Assembly: GCF_000485595.1 (NCBI RefSeq)
Contig: NW_014577065.1
Span: 1,110,938 to 1,146,066, forward strand
Source: Priapulus caudatus
Taxonomy: Eukaryota
Length of the DNA: 35,129 nucleotides
Reading direction: 5' to 3'
Part shown: one piece after another, positions 13,851 to 26,333 of the stretch
How the letters are laid out: each line of letters opens with the position of its first letter
Position numbering within the stretch: the stretch's first letter is position 1
The notes under the pieces: generated by a model
Seen by the model: only the letters and a program-made list of their open reading frames with translations
Databases searched by the model: none
What the model was told of the DNA's origin: nothing
Program-made: the position numbers and the translations under genes

Positions 13851-13922
13851 TTCCCGAGGTGGGATTCGAACCCGGAATTCCGGTGTAGGAGACGGATGTT
13901 CTAGCGATTAGGCCACTGCGCC
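13851..13922 (-). pseudogene. tRNA-Arg(CCT)-derived relic (pseudo-tRNA or SINE-type head)
   Basis: Minus strand GGCGCAGTGGCCTAATCGCTAGAACATCCGTCTCCTACACCGGAATTCCGGGTTCGAATCCCACCTCGGGAA has an A box (TGGCCTAAT), CT-CCT-A anticodon context and a B box (GGTTCGAATCC). It aligns by eye with metazoan tRNA-Arg-CCT, but the acceptor, D and T stems are disrupted. Confidence 0.75.
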
Positions 13923-13927
13923 GTTAA

Positions 13928-14415
13928 AGGCTCACAATGCGCATCCAAACGCTAATTTCTCCAGTACTAGACTAGCAAATACTTTGTGGCATGCATAATC
14001 ACACTACCTTATGACAAAATAAACTCTAGTTCCTCCCATTTCACTGCACGTTGTCTTATAAAAGGTATTTTGGAAATACCTCCAATGTTGTTGAAATTCT
14101 CCGATGTTGTTGACAGTTTTCCCAATCCCCAAGCAACCGTGCCGCGGTGCTGCGGTACAGCGGTACGGGCGCAGCAAAGATAAAAACATGTGACGTCACG
14201 TCACCACTTCGAGGCTATATTGTTTGGCAAACAGTCGGCGTTTGCGCCAGAATGCCAGTTTTCTCACCTCTTTCTTGTGGGTTTTAAGCAAACGCGCAGT
14301 GAAATGGGAGCAAATAGAGTTTATTTTGTCATAAGGTAGTATGATTATGCATGACACGAAGTATTTGCTAGTCTAGTACTGGAGAAATTAGCGTTTGGAT
14401 GCGCATTGTGAGCCT
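13928..14415. mobile_element. Non-autonomous DNA transposon (Kolobok-like MITE), 488 bp
   Basis: About 125-bp near-perfect terminal inverted repeats (AGGCTCACAATGCGCATCCAAACGCTAATTTCTCCAGTACTAGACTAGCAAATACTT... / ...GTTTGGATGCGCATTGTGAGCCT). TTAA target duplication at 13924-13927 and 14416-14419. RR..YY termini with TTAA fit Kolobok rather than piggyBac. Confidence 0.9.
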
Positions 14416-14419
14416 TTAA

Positions 14420-14656
14420 GGCTATACACCATGGATTCACACGTACGTCATGTTAATCTGTACGCACCGCCATCTATTGAATTGTTATCAGTTTTTAACT
14501 TTTTAACTTTTGTAATTTTTGTGTGATTTTTTTCGTCTAGGAACACTCTCCGGGTATAGGAAATCGCCCTCTGAAAATTGCATCCAGATGGCTCGGGCGG
14601 TTTGGCCGGGTATAGGGGACATACATACATACATACGAACTGAAATATAGATTAGA
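14420..14656 (-). mobile_element. 5' part of a non-autonomous Helitron-like element
   Basis: Minus strand begins A|TCTAATCTATATTTCAGTTCG, then a (TATG)4 microsatellite, then AAACCGCCCGAGCCATCTGGATGCAATTTT. This layout is typical of invertebrate non-autonomous Helitrons (Lep1/DINE-1-like). No 3' hairpin-CTAG end was found. Confidence 0.55.
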
Positions 14657-14680
14657 TTATTATATATAAAGGGCAATATC

Positions 14681-14682
<2 letters not shown>

Positions 14683-14752
<70 letters not shown>
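14683..14752. repeat. (GA)n microsatellite
   Basis: Perfect dinucleotide run. Confidence 0.95.
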
Positions 14753-14754
<2 letters not shown>

Positions 14755-15239
14755 CGATATTTTCTCGCGTTCTTTTCGCCGCGAAGGACATGCTGTTGCT
14801 ACCGCGGTAACTACGCTCTCCGATTCGCACTATACTTTCGAATCATGGTGTCGTATGCAGATTATTCATTTTCATACGATGCACTTAGCGGCGCAATTCG
14901 CCGTCTCTTGTTCTTCGCGCGGGAAGCATGAGGTGGTCTCTCTCTCCCTCCCTCCACCCCCATCCCTCCCCCGCGAGGGTGCGAACCGTCTGACACACGC
15001 GTGAAAGTCGTCTGCCGACCCGCGGGTTCCCCATGTAGGTCAACCCCGCGATTTCTTTCCGGATGGTCGGCTGGGCTAGTGATGACCTGGACCGGGGTTC
15101 TGTGCCACCAACCATCAGAAGCGCAACAATGGCGGACTTAACGCCGCCGTGGCATAAGACCCACAGACGGGTATAATCGGTCGGTGATCCTCATCACATT
15201 TCGACACAAAGTGTTAGTTTGTTAAACGCCCACGTGGGC

Positions 15240-15248
15240 GTGTGTGAG

Positions 15249-15318
<70 letters not shown>

Positions 15319-15362
15319 TGCTTGTGCGTGTGCGTGTGCGTGTGCGTGTGTGCGTGCGTGCG
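15240..15362. repeat. (GT)n microsatellite
   Basis: Directly visible. Confidence 0.95.
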
Positions 15363-16149
15363 TCAGGCCGGCGGGTTGGCAGCTCAAGCGTGTACGGTTA
15401 CGCATAGAATACGATACGATGTAATGACATCTATGTATCCGTGCACGCCATGTATACGCAAGTAGTGCGAGGCGTTCTGCCCCAATAGCTCTCCCGCGAA
15501 GCAGTGGTTCATTCCTCTGTGTGCGTGACCTCTGTCTGCGAGTGCATCTCAAGTGCGACTTCATACGTCCGTCCCTGTGGTTGCCAAAAGTAAATGGCGG
15601 TCGATTTTATCGAGGGCGTATGTGCAGTCCGTCTATAAATGTGCCTTGTAGACTTCTTCCGACAATCCTAACGCCATCAGCTCGCGCGTAGATGTCTGCG
15701 ACTCCCTACGACTCTCTCACGGCAGCAGCTCTCCGCTTACACGTGCGTCGGTTCCCTCGCGTCTTCTCCCGTTTGGCCGCTGAGCGCGCGCGCGCACACA
15801 AAAAAACCCGTCCCCGGAGACATTTCGGTTAACCCCATCTTTCCCCGCGCACACAATTACGAGAAAATCATTTTCAGTGTGACTCATGCGACTGCTGCTG
15901 CCACAGGCCACGGTGCCGTGCCTAAAGGGTTACAGGCATGCATGCGCTTATTAGTAGGGCAGGCTGCATTAGTGCCGAAGGTATAATTAGAGCCGACAAT
16001 CATTGTCATGCATACGCTGTATGGCATAGTCATGTCGGTCTGAATTGGCCTGGGCGTGCTTTATCCCCCTAGTCTTTGGTTGAATAGAAAATTCACGTTT
16101 AGTAATGGGAAGTACGAAGATCCACTTGAGTACCCCCGTTATACCTATA

Positions 16150-16150
<1 letters not shown>

Positions 16151-16226
<76 letters not shown>

Positions 16227-16262
16227 GCACGCACGGCGCGGCGCGCACACCGACACACACAC

Positions 16263-16318
<56 letters not shown>

Positions 16319-16345
16319 CACACATATATATATATATATATATAT
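16151..16345. repeat. (CA)n blocks followed by (TA)n
   Basis: Directly visible. Confidence 0.95.
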
Positions 16346-16364
16346 TATCATATTATATATTCAT

Positions 16365-16403
16365 CAGGAGTTAATGAGACATATTTTGTCTCATTAACTC
16401 CTG
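16365..16403. mobile_element. 39-bp palindromic micro-element, related TIR family
   Basis: CAGGAGTTAATGAGACA-tattt-TGTCTCATTAACTCCTG is a perfect inverted repeat inside (TA)-rich sequence. No clear TSD. Confidence 0.55.
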
Positions 16404-18273
16404 ATATATATATATATATATATAATTATATAATTATAAAATACAAGGAAACTTGTAAAACTCAAAATGTAGTTTCTCCCTCTTTCTCCGTCGGTGAGCG
16501 TAATATATACTAGGCCTTTTTGGGCATACAATAATAAACAATGTCAACAGGGTTCTAAAAAATATTTAATTCAGTTTTTCAATAATTGTATTGTTTATTA
16601 AAAAACAACTTTTTCTTAAATGAACGTAGAACCGTAATAACGTAGAACCGCAAACTATGTTAAATTCGCACACATTAGGTAGCTGGTTGCAATAAATATC
16701 TATGTACATTAATCAACGATGTACATGTACGTAGTGAAGTTAGGTGCAAACACAGGCACTTGGAACGTCTCAATAAAAAAGGTAAATATACACGAAATGT
16801 ATTTACTACCAAAGTCTTAATGTTTCTCTACTCTATGTCGCCTATTATTGCCGATAATTAGCTGTAAATGCCGGTCAAATGCTCATCTGCAACACACAAG
16901 TACACCGCACGCCCGCCCTGTGCACAGACAACATGAATAAGAGAGGCCTCTTGGAGACAACTTGTATTCATTCATACAGTACCTCACGGTACTGATAAAA
17001 TCTATTAAATTAGCAAAATTCCATCGTTCGGTTGAATATATACTATCTGTCGTGGCGTAGGTGGTGTTTAGCAAGCGGTTTTTTAATGGCTAGACAAAAC
17101 TGACTGATCGGCACTTTCGTAAAGCTATTGCTGTGTGCGAACGTCGTTCTCCGATATCGAGTGGTGTGTGTTGCTCGGCAGATTAATATCAGTCAGGAGA
17201 ATATCAGTGCTTATCTAGCTTAATTAAAACCGTCTGTATGCGGCTTGACGCGTCCCGCTGTGAGTAAAATCGCATCTATATAGTGCAGAGCGTATAGTAC
17301 AGTCGTTTGCTTGTGTACTGAGATGACAACGTATTACGCAGAAATCATTCACGCCATTTTTCGGTCGCTGGAATCGAATACTGATAATTATTACCGTGCA
17401 AGTGTCGCGTCATCGTCATCTTCGTTGAGAGAGCCGATTCTTCGATGTGATTGATGTAGGACGGCGCCGGAGCATCGGTGGATCGTTGCTGCTAGCTGCG
17501 CCACTTTACCGTACATGTCCCACGGAAATCTCAGAAAAATAACGGAAAAACGCAGAAGCTAATGTGAGGGACGCGAGTGTGCAGAAGGGGGGGAGGGCAT
17601 GAGACCGTAAATAGTTTGTAGCAGTGGTGAACAGAAGGGTGGATGTGGGAGATCGAGACTTACGTGTAGGGAGTAGGGACGCACGATTGGTGTGCGCGCG
17701 TGAATGTTGGTGGATGCGAATTGGTGCAGATGGTCAGTAAAGAGGCAATGGTGGATTAATGTACAGGGAAAGAGGGTTGGGTGAATAGATTGACTTCCAT
17801 GTACTGGAGGTTGGAGTGTGTTACTTGATTACTGTGATATAATGGTGCGTAGGCATAATCGTAGATAGTTACACATATTATACGCAACTCAAGTATAGTT
17901 AATTAGTGAGCATTCAATTCGGGTTGGTAGATTAATTAACATTGATTTGGGATATTTTTGCCAAGGTTAGTGGATTTGTATGAGATAACAGGTTATTATG
18001 GATATATATAGATTTGTGTACGGAAACAGCTTCGAACGGTGAAAGGGTGAATATGAATTTCAGACAAACTGCGTAATTAAAGTATAATCAGAAGTGTATC
18101 ATCATATCATGCGAATTTGTATATGTCATGATATGAACCATTTATTATTATTATTATTATTATTATATACTCTCGGTATTATTGATTAATCATTCGTAGG
18201 TACACGCACACACAACGTACACGCACTCGCACACGAACACAAAAACGAACATACGCACACTCTATCTAGCTCT

Positions 18274-18276
<3 letters not shown>

Positions 18277-18308
<32 letters not shown>

Positions 18309-18325
18309 GCGCGCACGCGAGCACG

Positions 18326-18366
<41 letters not shown>

Positions 18367-18436
18367 NNNNNNNNNNACAGCACACACACGCGCACGCACA
18401 CACAAACACAAACGCGCACACACTCTCTCTCTCTCG

Positions 18437-18477
<41 letters not shown>

Positions 18478-18485
18478 GCACACAC
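18277..18485. repeat. (CA)n microsatellite spanning an assembly gap
   Basis: (CA)n on both sides of the N run. Confidence 0.9.
18367..18376. other. Assembly gap (10 N)
   Basis: Run of N. The true intron length is therefore uncertain. Confidence 0.99.
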
Positions 18486-19664
18486 AAGGAATACAACGAT
18501 GTTTCGTACACTGTCTAACTTTAACCTCGTAGTTAATATGCAAGCAACAATAATTATTATCCTAAACTATCACTCGTGGAAGCTGCGTTCTCGCGCCGTT
18601 CCTCAGCAACGCATTTAACCGAACAAAGACGCTGCGTGTGTCCGATAACGCTTAGTAAATGAATTGTCGGTTTAAGATGAACGGCTTGCCATCTTGCTGT
18701 TGACATGTATGTATTATCGTCAGATTGTCCGGTGACGTAGTGTACGTAGGCGCGCGCTCATGTAATAGATGATGTATCGGGAAGGTAATGGTTCGCATAT
18801 AAATGTGGTGGTTATCAGCGACTACGAATGACTGTACGCTCCCTATCTGAATGCGCTATGCTCTCATTGAATTTCCCGCGCGAGGCATCTCCGACACTAT
18901 CCGTCTACCATGGCGATCTGTCATTGCTCTTCGCACTGCAGTCTATGAAGTGACAAGCAAATTGCCGTTTGGAAATGTGTACAACCATCAAGAAACGACC
19001 GCCCAACCTGTGTAATGAAAAGCGTCATGGCTTTAGCGCAGTTGCGTCGGTGAAACTGGTTAACAGAGAGTCGTGCTTGTTTCATCTTTCAGCTGACGCT
19101 CAACTACAGTACTATAGACAAATATATATGTATATATATATATATATTTATGAGCTCGCCTCTCTCCTCGCTATGGCTTCTTGTTTCTGGCGAATTTACC
19201 GCTAGTGAACGCCACTATGTTCGTCTTTTCTTATTATATACATCTGCGCAGCGAACGAACTAGAATGGTTAGAAATTGAGTATTTAATGAAACGAGAGGA
19301 GGGCTTCACGCAGGAAGGTATCCAGCTGAGGAAGAGATAGGAAGGCTAACAATAATCTCGTTTCTGCGTATAGCTCGTTTTTCGGAGCCCCTCGCTGTGT
19401 GTCTGCGAGTGTAGAACAACTTACTAAATATACGTATCCAATCTTTGCAAAAAATGGTTTAATTCTGAGAAAAGCGGATTGTTTCATGTTGACGGGTTTG
19501 CCGTTCATGTTAAACAGCATTTATGTGGTGACTGTGGCTTTCAAAGTATCGTCCGTCCAACATTCTCCACCCTACGTTCCTTATAAAGCATTAAAATATC
19601 ATGTATAATACTCATGTATATCCATATTAGCATTATTTGTCTATCTCATGCACTATTATATCTG

Positions 19665-20068
19665 GGTTTATTCCCGGTTGGCCTACTCCCATTTCGCCTA
19701 CAGCAAAATTCACAGTTGGCCTACACCCATTTCGCCTATTCCCAATTCGTCTACGCTCAAAATCTACCCCATTGCCGTTTCGTCTACGATCGGTTTGTTC
19801 ACTAAATAATCATTTTTAAATAATAAAATATGGTTTTGATTGATATACATAGTCTACAGGAACCAGAAGAAAACATAGGTACAAATAATGAGAACACAAT
19901 TTGACAAAAATAGAAATTCCAGTAGAATAATGGGAGTAGGCGAAATGGGAATATTGCCGATTCTGAGAGTAGACGAAATGGGAGTAGGCGAAATGGGAAT
20001 ATTGCCGATTCTGAGAGTAGACGAAATGGGAGTAGGCGAAATGGGAGTAGGCCAACTGGGACGTTACC
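19665..20068. mobile_element. Foldback-type MITE with internally repetitive arms, 404 bp
   Basis: TIR GGTnnnnTCCCRGTTGGCCTACTCCCATTTCGCCTAC at both ends. Arms are built from ~15-bp CCCATTTCGYCTACT units, with an exact 48-bp tandem duplication in the right arm and an AT-rich core. Exact 8-bp TSD TATATCTG at 19657-19664 and 20069-20076. Confidence 0.88.
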
Positions 20069-20526
20069 TATATCTGACCGTCTATTTGTCTTTGCCTTTC
20101 TACAAACGTTCGCTGACCAAATATTTAATGTTGTTAATTGATATACTGCACAGTTCTATGCGTGTACGAGATTTTGCGGTTATATCTAATTATTCACACA
20201 ATTGGATTAGTTTAATTCCCATAATTTTATCATAAAAATACGCTGTTTAGAGGTAGATTCGCATTTCTGTACCGTCCAGGGATGATTATTTATTGTATCA
20301 AGAATTTGTATCATAAATTATTTTGACTCTGACATGGTGGAATGCTCTCTGATCTGCACCACCCTGATTTCGGGAGTTTCCTTTTCTGCACGATTCGGCC
20401 GTAACCCTATATATTTACGAGAAAAGAAACCGACAAAGAGAATTACCACGCTGTCATATACACACATACACCCATCTGTAATTAATCTTCACGGTCTCCC
20501 ACAAATACCAGTCTACTCACTCCTAA

Positions 20527-21270
<744 letters not shown>

Positions 21271-22300
21271 CCGACGGGGGTAGGGAGGAGGGAGGGAGGC
21301 TGGTGGGGCGCCGCCTTCCCTCCCTCCACGCTCACGGGGAGCGGTGGTGGTGACGCGAATAGACGCGCTCCCTCTGGCCACCGGGATGCCGCGGCGGCGC
21401 CCCCTGGCTGCTGGTGGGGGTGGGGGTGGGGGTGAGTGGCATGCGAAGAAGAGACATGCGCACATAGTACAGAGAGGTCCAAATATAGACGCGTGGTGAG
21501 TGGTAGTGAAGGGGTTTTCAGGCAAGGCGGTGTCAGAGAGACTTGTTGTCAAGGTATCGCGTAAAGAATCAACGAAATATCCGAGTGCAATGTGTATGTG
21601 CGGAGCGGCAATGATCGTCCGCGATGGTGAGGGCGTCTACTGGTCTTGAAGCTAGCAATTCGGCTCGTAGCAAGGGTGCACGTGCTCTACCAGAAAGGCA
21701 ATACCATTATCACGCTCTACCAGCGTGCAGTGTTTCAGTAAGAATATCACGTGAGAGCCGCCAGAATAGGACAGTAAGTGCGTAAGCACTGATAACACGA
21801 TCTCATCGCGTTCGGCTAGCCAGATATCGAAGCCACTGATCCACTTCCGTCAATTCGCTACACCGAGACGGTAAGACATATAGTGGCCAAAGAAGAAGAA
21901 AAACACAAATAATGTCTGTCTAGTGACCGCAGTGCCGCAAAAATGTAAATGGCGTACCGACGAACTATAAAACAATCGGTTGCCTACTGACCGAATTTAG
22001 GGTGGACATTTGCGCGCGCCATCAATTGCCTGTTCACGGCATCATCAATTTTGCGGTAGAGTAAGTGCGTTACAGTTCACACATTGGAGCTCTAGCCAGG
22101 TTGCTGCAGGGCGTTGTGTGCTACCATGTACCCTGTTATGTAGGCGGATAGTGTGGCAAGCACTCCTTCTCCTCAGCGTCGACTGCTGGTGTTGCCCCCG
22201 TAGTATTCTCACATACATACTCTCACTCTCTCACTATTTCTCTCCGTCTATCGTCTCCGTCTATATCTCTCTGTCTCGCTTTCGCTCTTTGCCTCTGTTT

Positions 22301-22394
<94 letters not shown>

Positions 22395-25364
22395 AATCTA
22401 TCTATCTCTGTCTGTTTCTCTCGCGCGCTCTTCCCCTCTCACTATCTTCCGTTTCCTCTTGTCTGTGTCGTGCATTTCGTCTTACGCCATCATAAGAACG
22501 AGTCGCAACCTAGACAGCGAAGAAGTGAAAGAAAAACTTCACGGTTTTTAGACAGTAAAAATAGCTTGTATTTATTACGCGTTACGAAGGAATTCTGTGT
22601 TCCCGTTACACTGGACCGCATTGTATCGGGAAGTGTCGGGCGTCGAGGTGGTGGGAGTGAGTAGGGGGGACTCGGGTGGATGCGCGTGCGGCGGAACGAT
22701 CGTGCCCAGGCAGTGTTCGCTAACGATCGAGTCCCAGAAACTCGAGCGTTCGCCTCCCAGAGAACACGTGAGCTGTAGGCATGAGCTAAGAACGATAAAT
22801 ATAATTATCTGCATTTTAACTAAGCAGATGAGCTGGCGGGCTGATGGAGAGGGCCAGGAAAGAAGGGATGAGTAAAAGAAAGTATGCGTGTAGTGAGTAC
22901 TGCATTGCATACACGCCGGTTTAGGGAGACATGTTAAGGCCAGTTAATGTTGGTCTAATGCTTACGCATTAGGCCATATTATATTTGCATCAACATCATG
23001 CAGAGTTTACGTGGCAGGGATAAACCTACTGAAAGTGCAATCCAATCTGTAAACAATATTCTGCCATTTTATAAAGATGCGAGTTGAAGAATGTATAATG
23101 TGTAGTTACAGTAATTGGCGTATTTTCATTTTTCCAGCCTGCTCAATCGCACTTGGTTCGATAAAACGTATTACAATATACTTCATTACGATCATGTGCA
23201 GAATATTTCGTCGGTACAACTCTCACATGTCGTTTACATGTAATTTGACAATACTTAGCCTTCAAGCTCAGGTTGTACTTTTATCCGTTTAAAATATAGT
23301 GCGCGACATCTCACAAAGCAATTTTTCCGAACCGGTATAATTTTCGTATAAATATCAATATATACGAAAGGTGATGCTATCGAATCCGGGTTACAGATTA
23401 GAAATAATTTAGCGAACCATGCCACGCAAAGGCCTATCAAATATTGATACGCTCTTCGTCATGCTACACTATGTTGTGGAATTTTTTTGGGAAACGGCGT
23501 TTCGTAGGTGCTTTCAATTCATCAGATTACTGTAGCAGGTCAGAATAAGCAAACCATGATACGAAAAATAAGGGCTTGCACATTACACTTGCGCGTTGTT
23601 GAATTATTGCAATATTAGTTGTTTATTAGTGGGAGGCTGTAAGTGTAATACAAGTCAACAGCGTATTTGTTGCGGTTAGTCGCCGGTCGGTTTACGTGTA
23701 TGTGTGTGTGTCTGTGTACGAGTTCGCCACAGGTTCGGCTGCGCGTGTGCGTGAATGCACGCGCGCATGCGTGCGTCGGCCGGTTTTCAGGTGTTCCGCT
23801 AAAATCGTTTTTTGGGGTGCGCACGCACGCACGCACGAGAATCGCCGCTTGTTCTCGTTCGCCTACTAAACGAATCCTCGACCTTCCCGTTTATGAGTAA
23901 TGCCATGATTCGCGGAAATGCTCGAATCGCGGGATGACGAGGTGATGGGCGATTGCTGGGATACGTCGCTCTACGGACACGCTCGTACGTGTTGTAGATG
24001 CGAGAATGTCATCATCGGTAGATCATCAGTAACGTTTTCGATGCTAGACGGTCGCCCAGCATACCTGCACGGCCTCCGCCACCATCTACCAAGCCTCCTG
24101 GTATATTGGCTAGGAGTTGCTAGCGGTGATTCTCTAACGAAATCACCGCTGCGTTATACCTAGCATGTCGCTTCACTCAGTCAGTCATTCAACCAAAAGA
24201 TGTTATACGTGTTCATACTATTATATATTTAGAGACAACCAGTCGTTATGGCCAACATGCGTGGCAAAAGAGCCAGATAAATAGCTGCACGATGTTTGTT
24301 TACCGTATTTTATATTCGTATCAGTGGCAAGCTCATGATGTCCAGTATAATGCACATGTGCGTGAACACTCACTGATATGCAATATCTCATCCTTCAGAG
24401 CAAAGAATATTAATCAGAAAAGTTTATCTGGCTCTCTTGCTATTTTTGTGTGTACATTAATATTGTTTGTCCATATTTTGATATATTGTATTTAGTATAA
24501 AAAGTTTGTTATTAAAGTCGTATTGGTCGTATAAATGTATAGAATAATAATAATGTAAAAAAATACCTGTATATACAGAGATGCTATATACAATATCACA
24601 TGCACTGATATTACATGATGTCAAGCTCGCATGGTGATACCGTATAGTCCACTGCAACGATTGTCCTGCGAACCAAGCTTGTCTTAAGTGTGTAATACTA
24701 AGTAAAGTGTAATCATAACCAGCGCACGGATATAAAAAAATAGTACAAAACCACAATTTTATGTTCGGGGACTCTGCAGTAAGTGTTTCCCAAAGATTTT
24801 ATTTCTATTCTGTGTGGTCTGTAAAGTTGAAAATATTATTGTAATTTGCGTTTAGGCTTGCAGTGAACAGCGGGTAAGGTCACCACCGTTGTAACAGGTT
24901 ATGTGTGCATGTACATGTGCTTTTCAGCAAACAATTGTCAAAACTCAGTACTGGTTTCTGAAATACGATTGTACATGTGCTATTATGCAATATATTCATT
25001 GACACCAGTCATGAAATATTTATTGTCTTTGATGTTTGAGTGTTCATTCGTACGTATCAGCTTTCTAGTGCAAATGAGTACACCGAAATATTAATAGCAT
25101 TTCAAACGCATTTCAAAAAGAATCTTATTATTTATTTATCTAGTACAAACTATAATAATATTATAAATATAAAGCATTGAAATAATACCAATGCGGCCAC
25201 CACACACAGTCGCGCGCACGCACGCACGCCCACACACACGCACGCACGCACACACACGCACACACACCACACGCACACACACACACCACCACACACACAA
25301 CACACAACACACACACCAATAATATTATATAGTATATATTATTAAATATGAATAATTAAATAAA
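21271..25364 (+). other. Putative long 3' UTR (3' end uncertain)
   Basis: By eye, the first ATTAAA after the stop is at 24511-24516 and the first AATAAA at 25359-25364. 24200-25180 is AT-rich with many TGTA motifs, including TGTATATA at 24568-24575. The extent is inference. Confidence 0.45.
22301..22404. repeat. (TCTA)n microsatellite
   Basis: Directly visible. Confidence 0.95.
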
Positions 25365-26298
25365 TAAATACAAAAACAAATGTAAGACGTTTGTGCTTTA
25401 ATATAAAACAATACGAAAAAGAAAAATAATTATTAAATAATAAGCTCAAGCCATATATAACCGATACGAATGCGGAATAGTTTTCCACAATGTCTTCATG
25501 CTCCAATAATGATTATAACGCAGATAAAAAGTGCGTGCGTGTAAGTCGTGGCGCCCCTATAAACCGTATTTACGCGTATAGCGAATAAATGACAACCACG
25601 GTTATTTTCCGCACGTATAATATAATATATATAGCGCAGCGAACAGCGGCGGTGACGTGTGACGCACAGGGGACCGTACGTGTGATGGCGGCGGCGGCGG
25701 TATCTGCCGGCACGTTAGAGATATAAATCATCGGTCGCAACGCGAGCAGCCGACGCTTACCGTCGCCGCCGACCGCCTGATTACAGAGCGCGACGTCTGA
25801 TTACGTCATTTCGCGCCGACGACACGCTGAGATCGCGCGCGGCGTCCAAACGACGATAAAATTAAAATATTCACGTAAGTGGCGCGAGAGAGTGTGCGCG
25901 AGCGGAGGAAGTATGAATGTCGGACGCTGGGCTGGCGCGCGTGTGAGAGCGACGGGGGGTGAGGACGCCATTTGAGCGACGTGCACGGGAACGCACGCCC
26001 TGACGCCAATTAGAAGAGACCGACGGAACCGTCGTAGCGACCGCACATCGACCAACGCCCGCACCGGCGAATCTATATAATAGATCTAGCGCGTATATAC
26101 ACACACGATGACACACACACGCCACGCACGCGGCAGCACAGCCACACGAGACACACAGACAATCGCACCGCACGCACGCACGACGACACGCCCGCACGCA
26201 CCCGACCGCACGCAGGCAGGACACGCAGGATGGCACGCAGGCACGCACGCACGCACGCACACACACAACACACACACCACAGCACTCACACAGCACCC

Positions 26299-26333
<35 letters not shown>

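Noticed and set aside
13851..13922. Functional tRNA-Arg gene
   Set aside because: The acceptor and T stems cannot pair properly, so it is called a relic.
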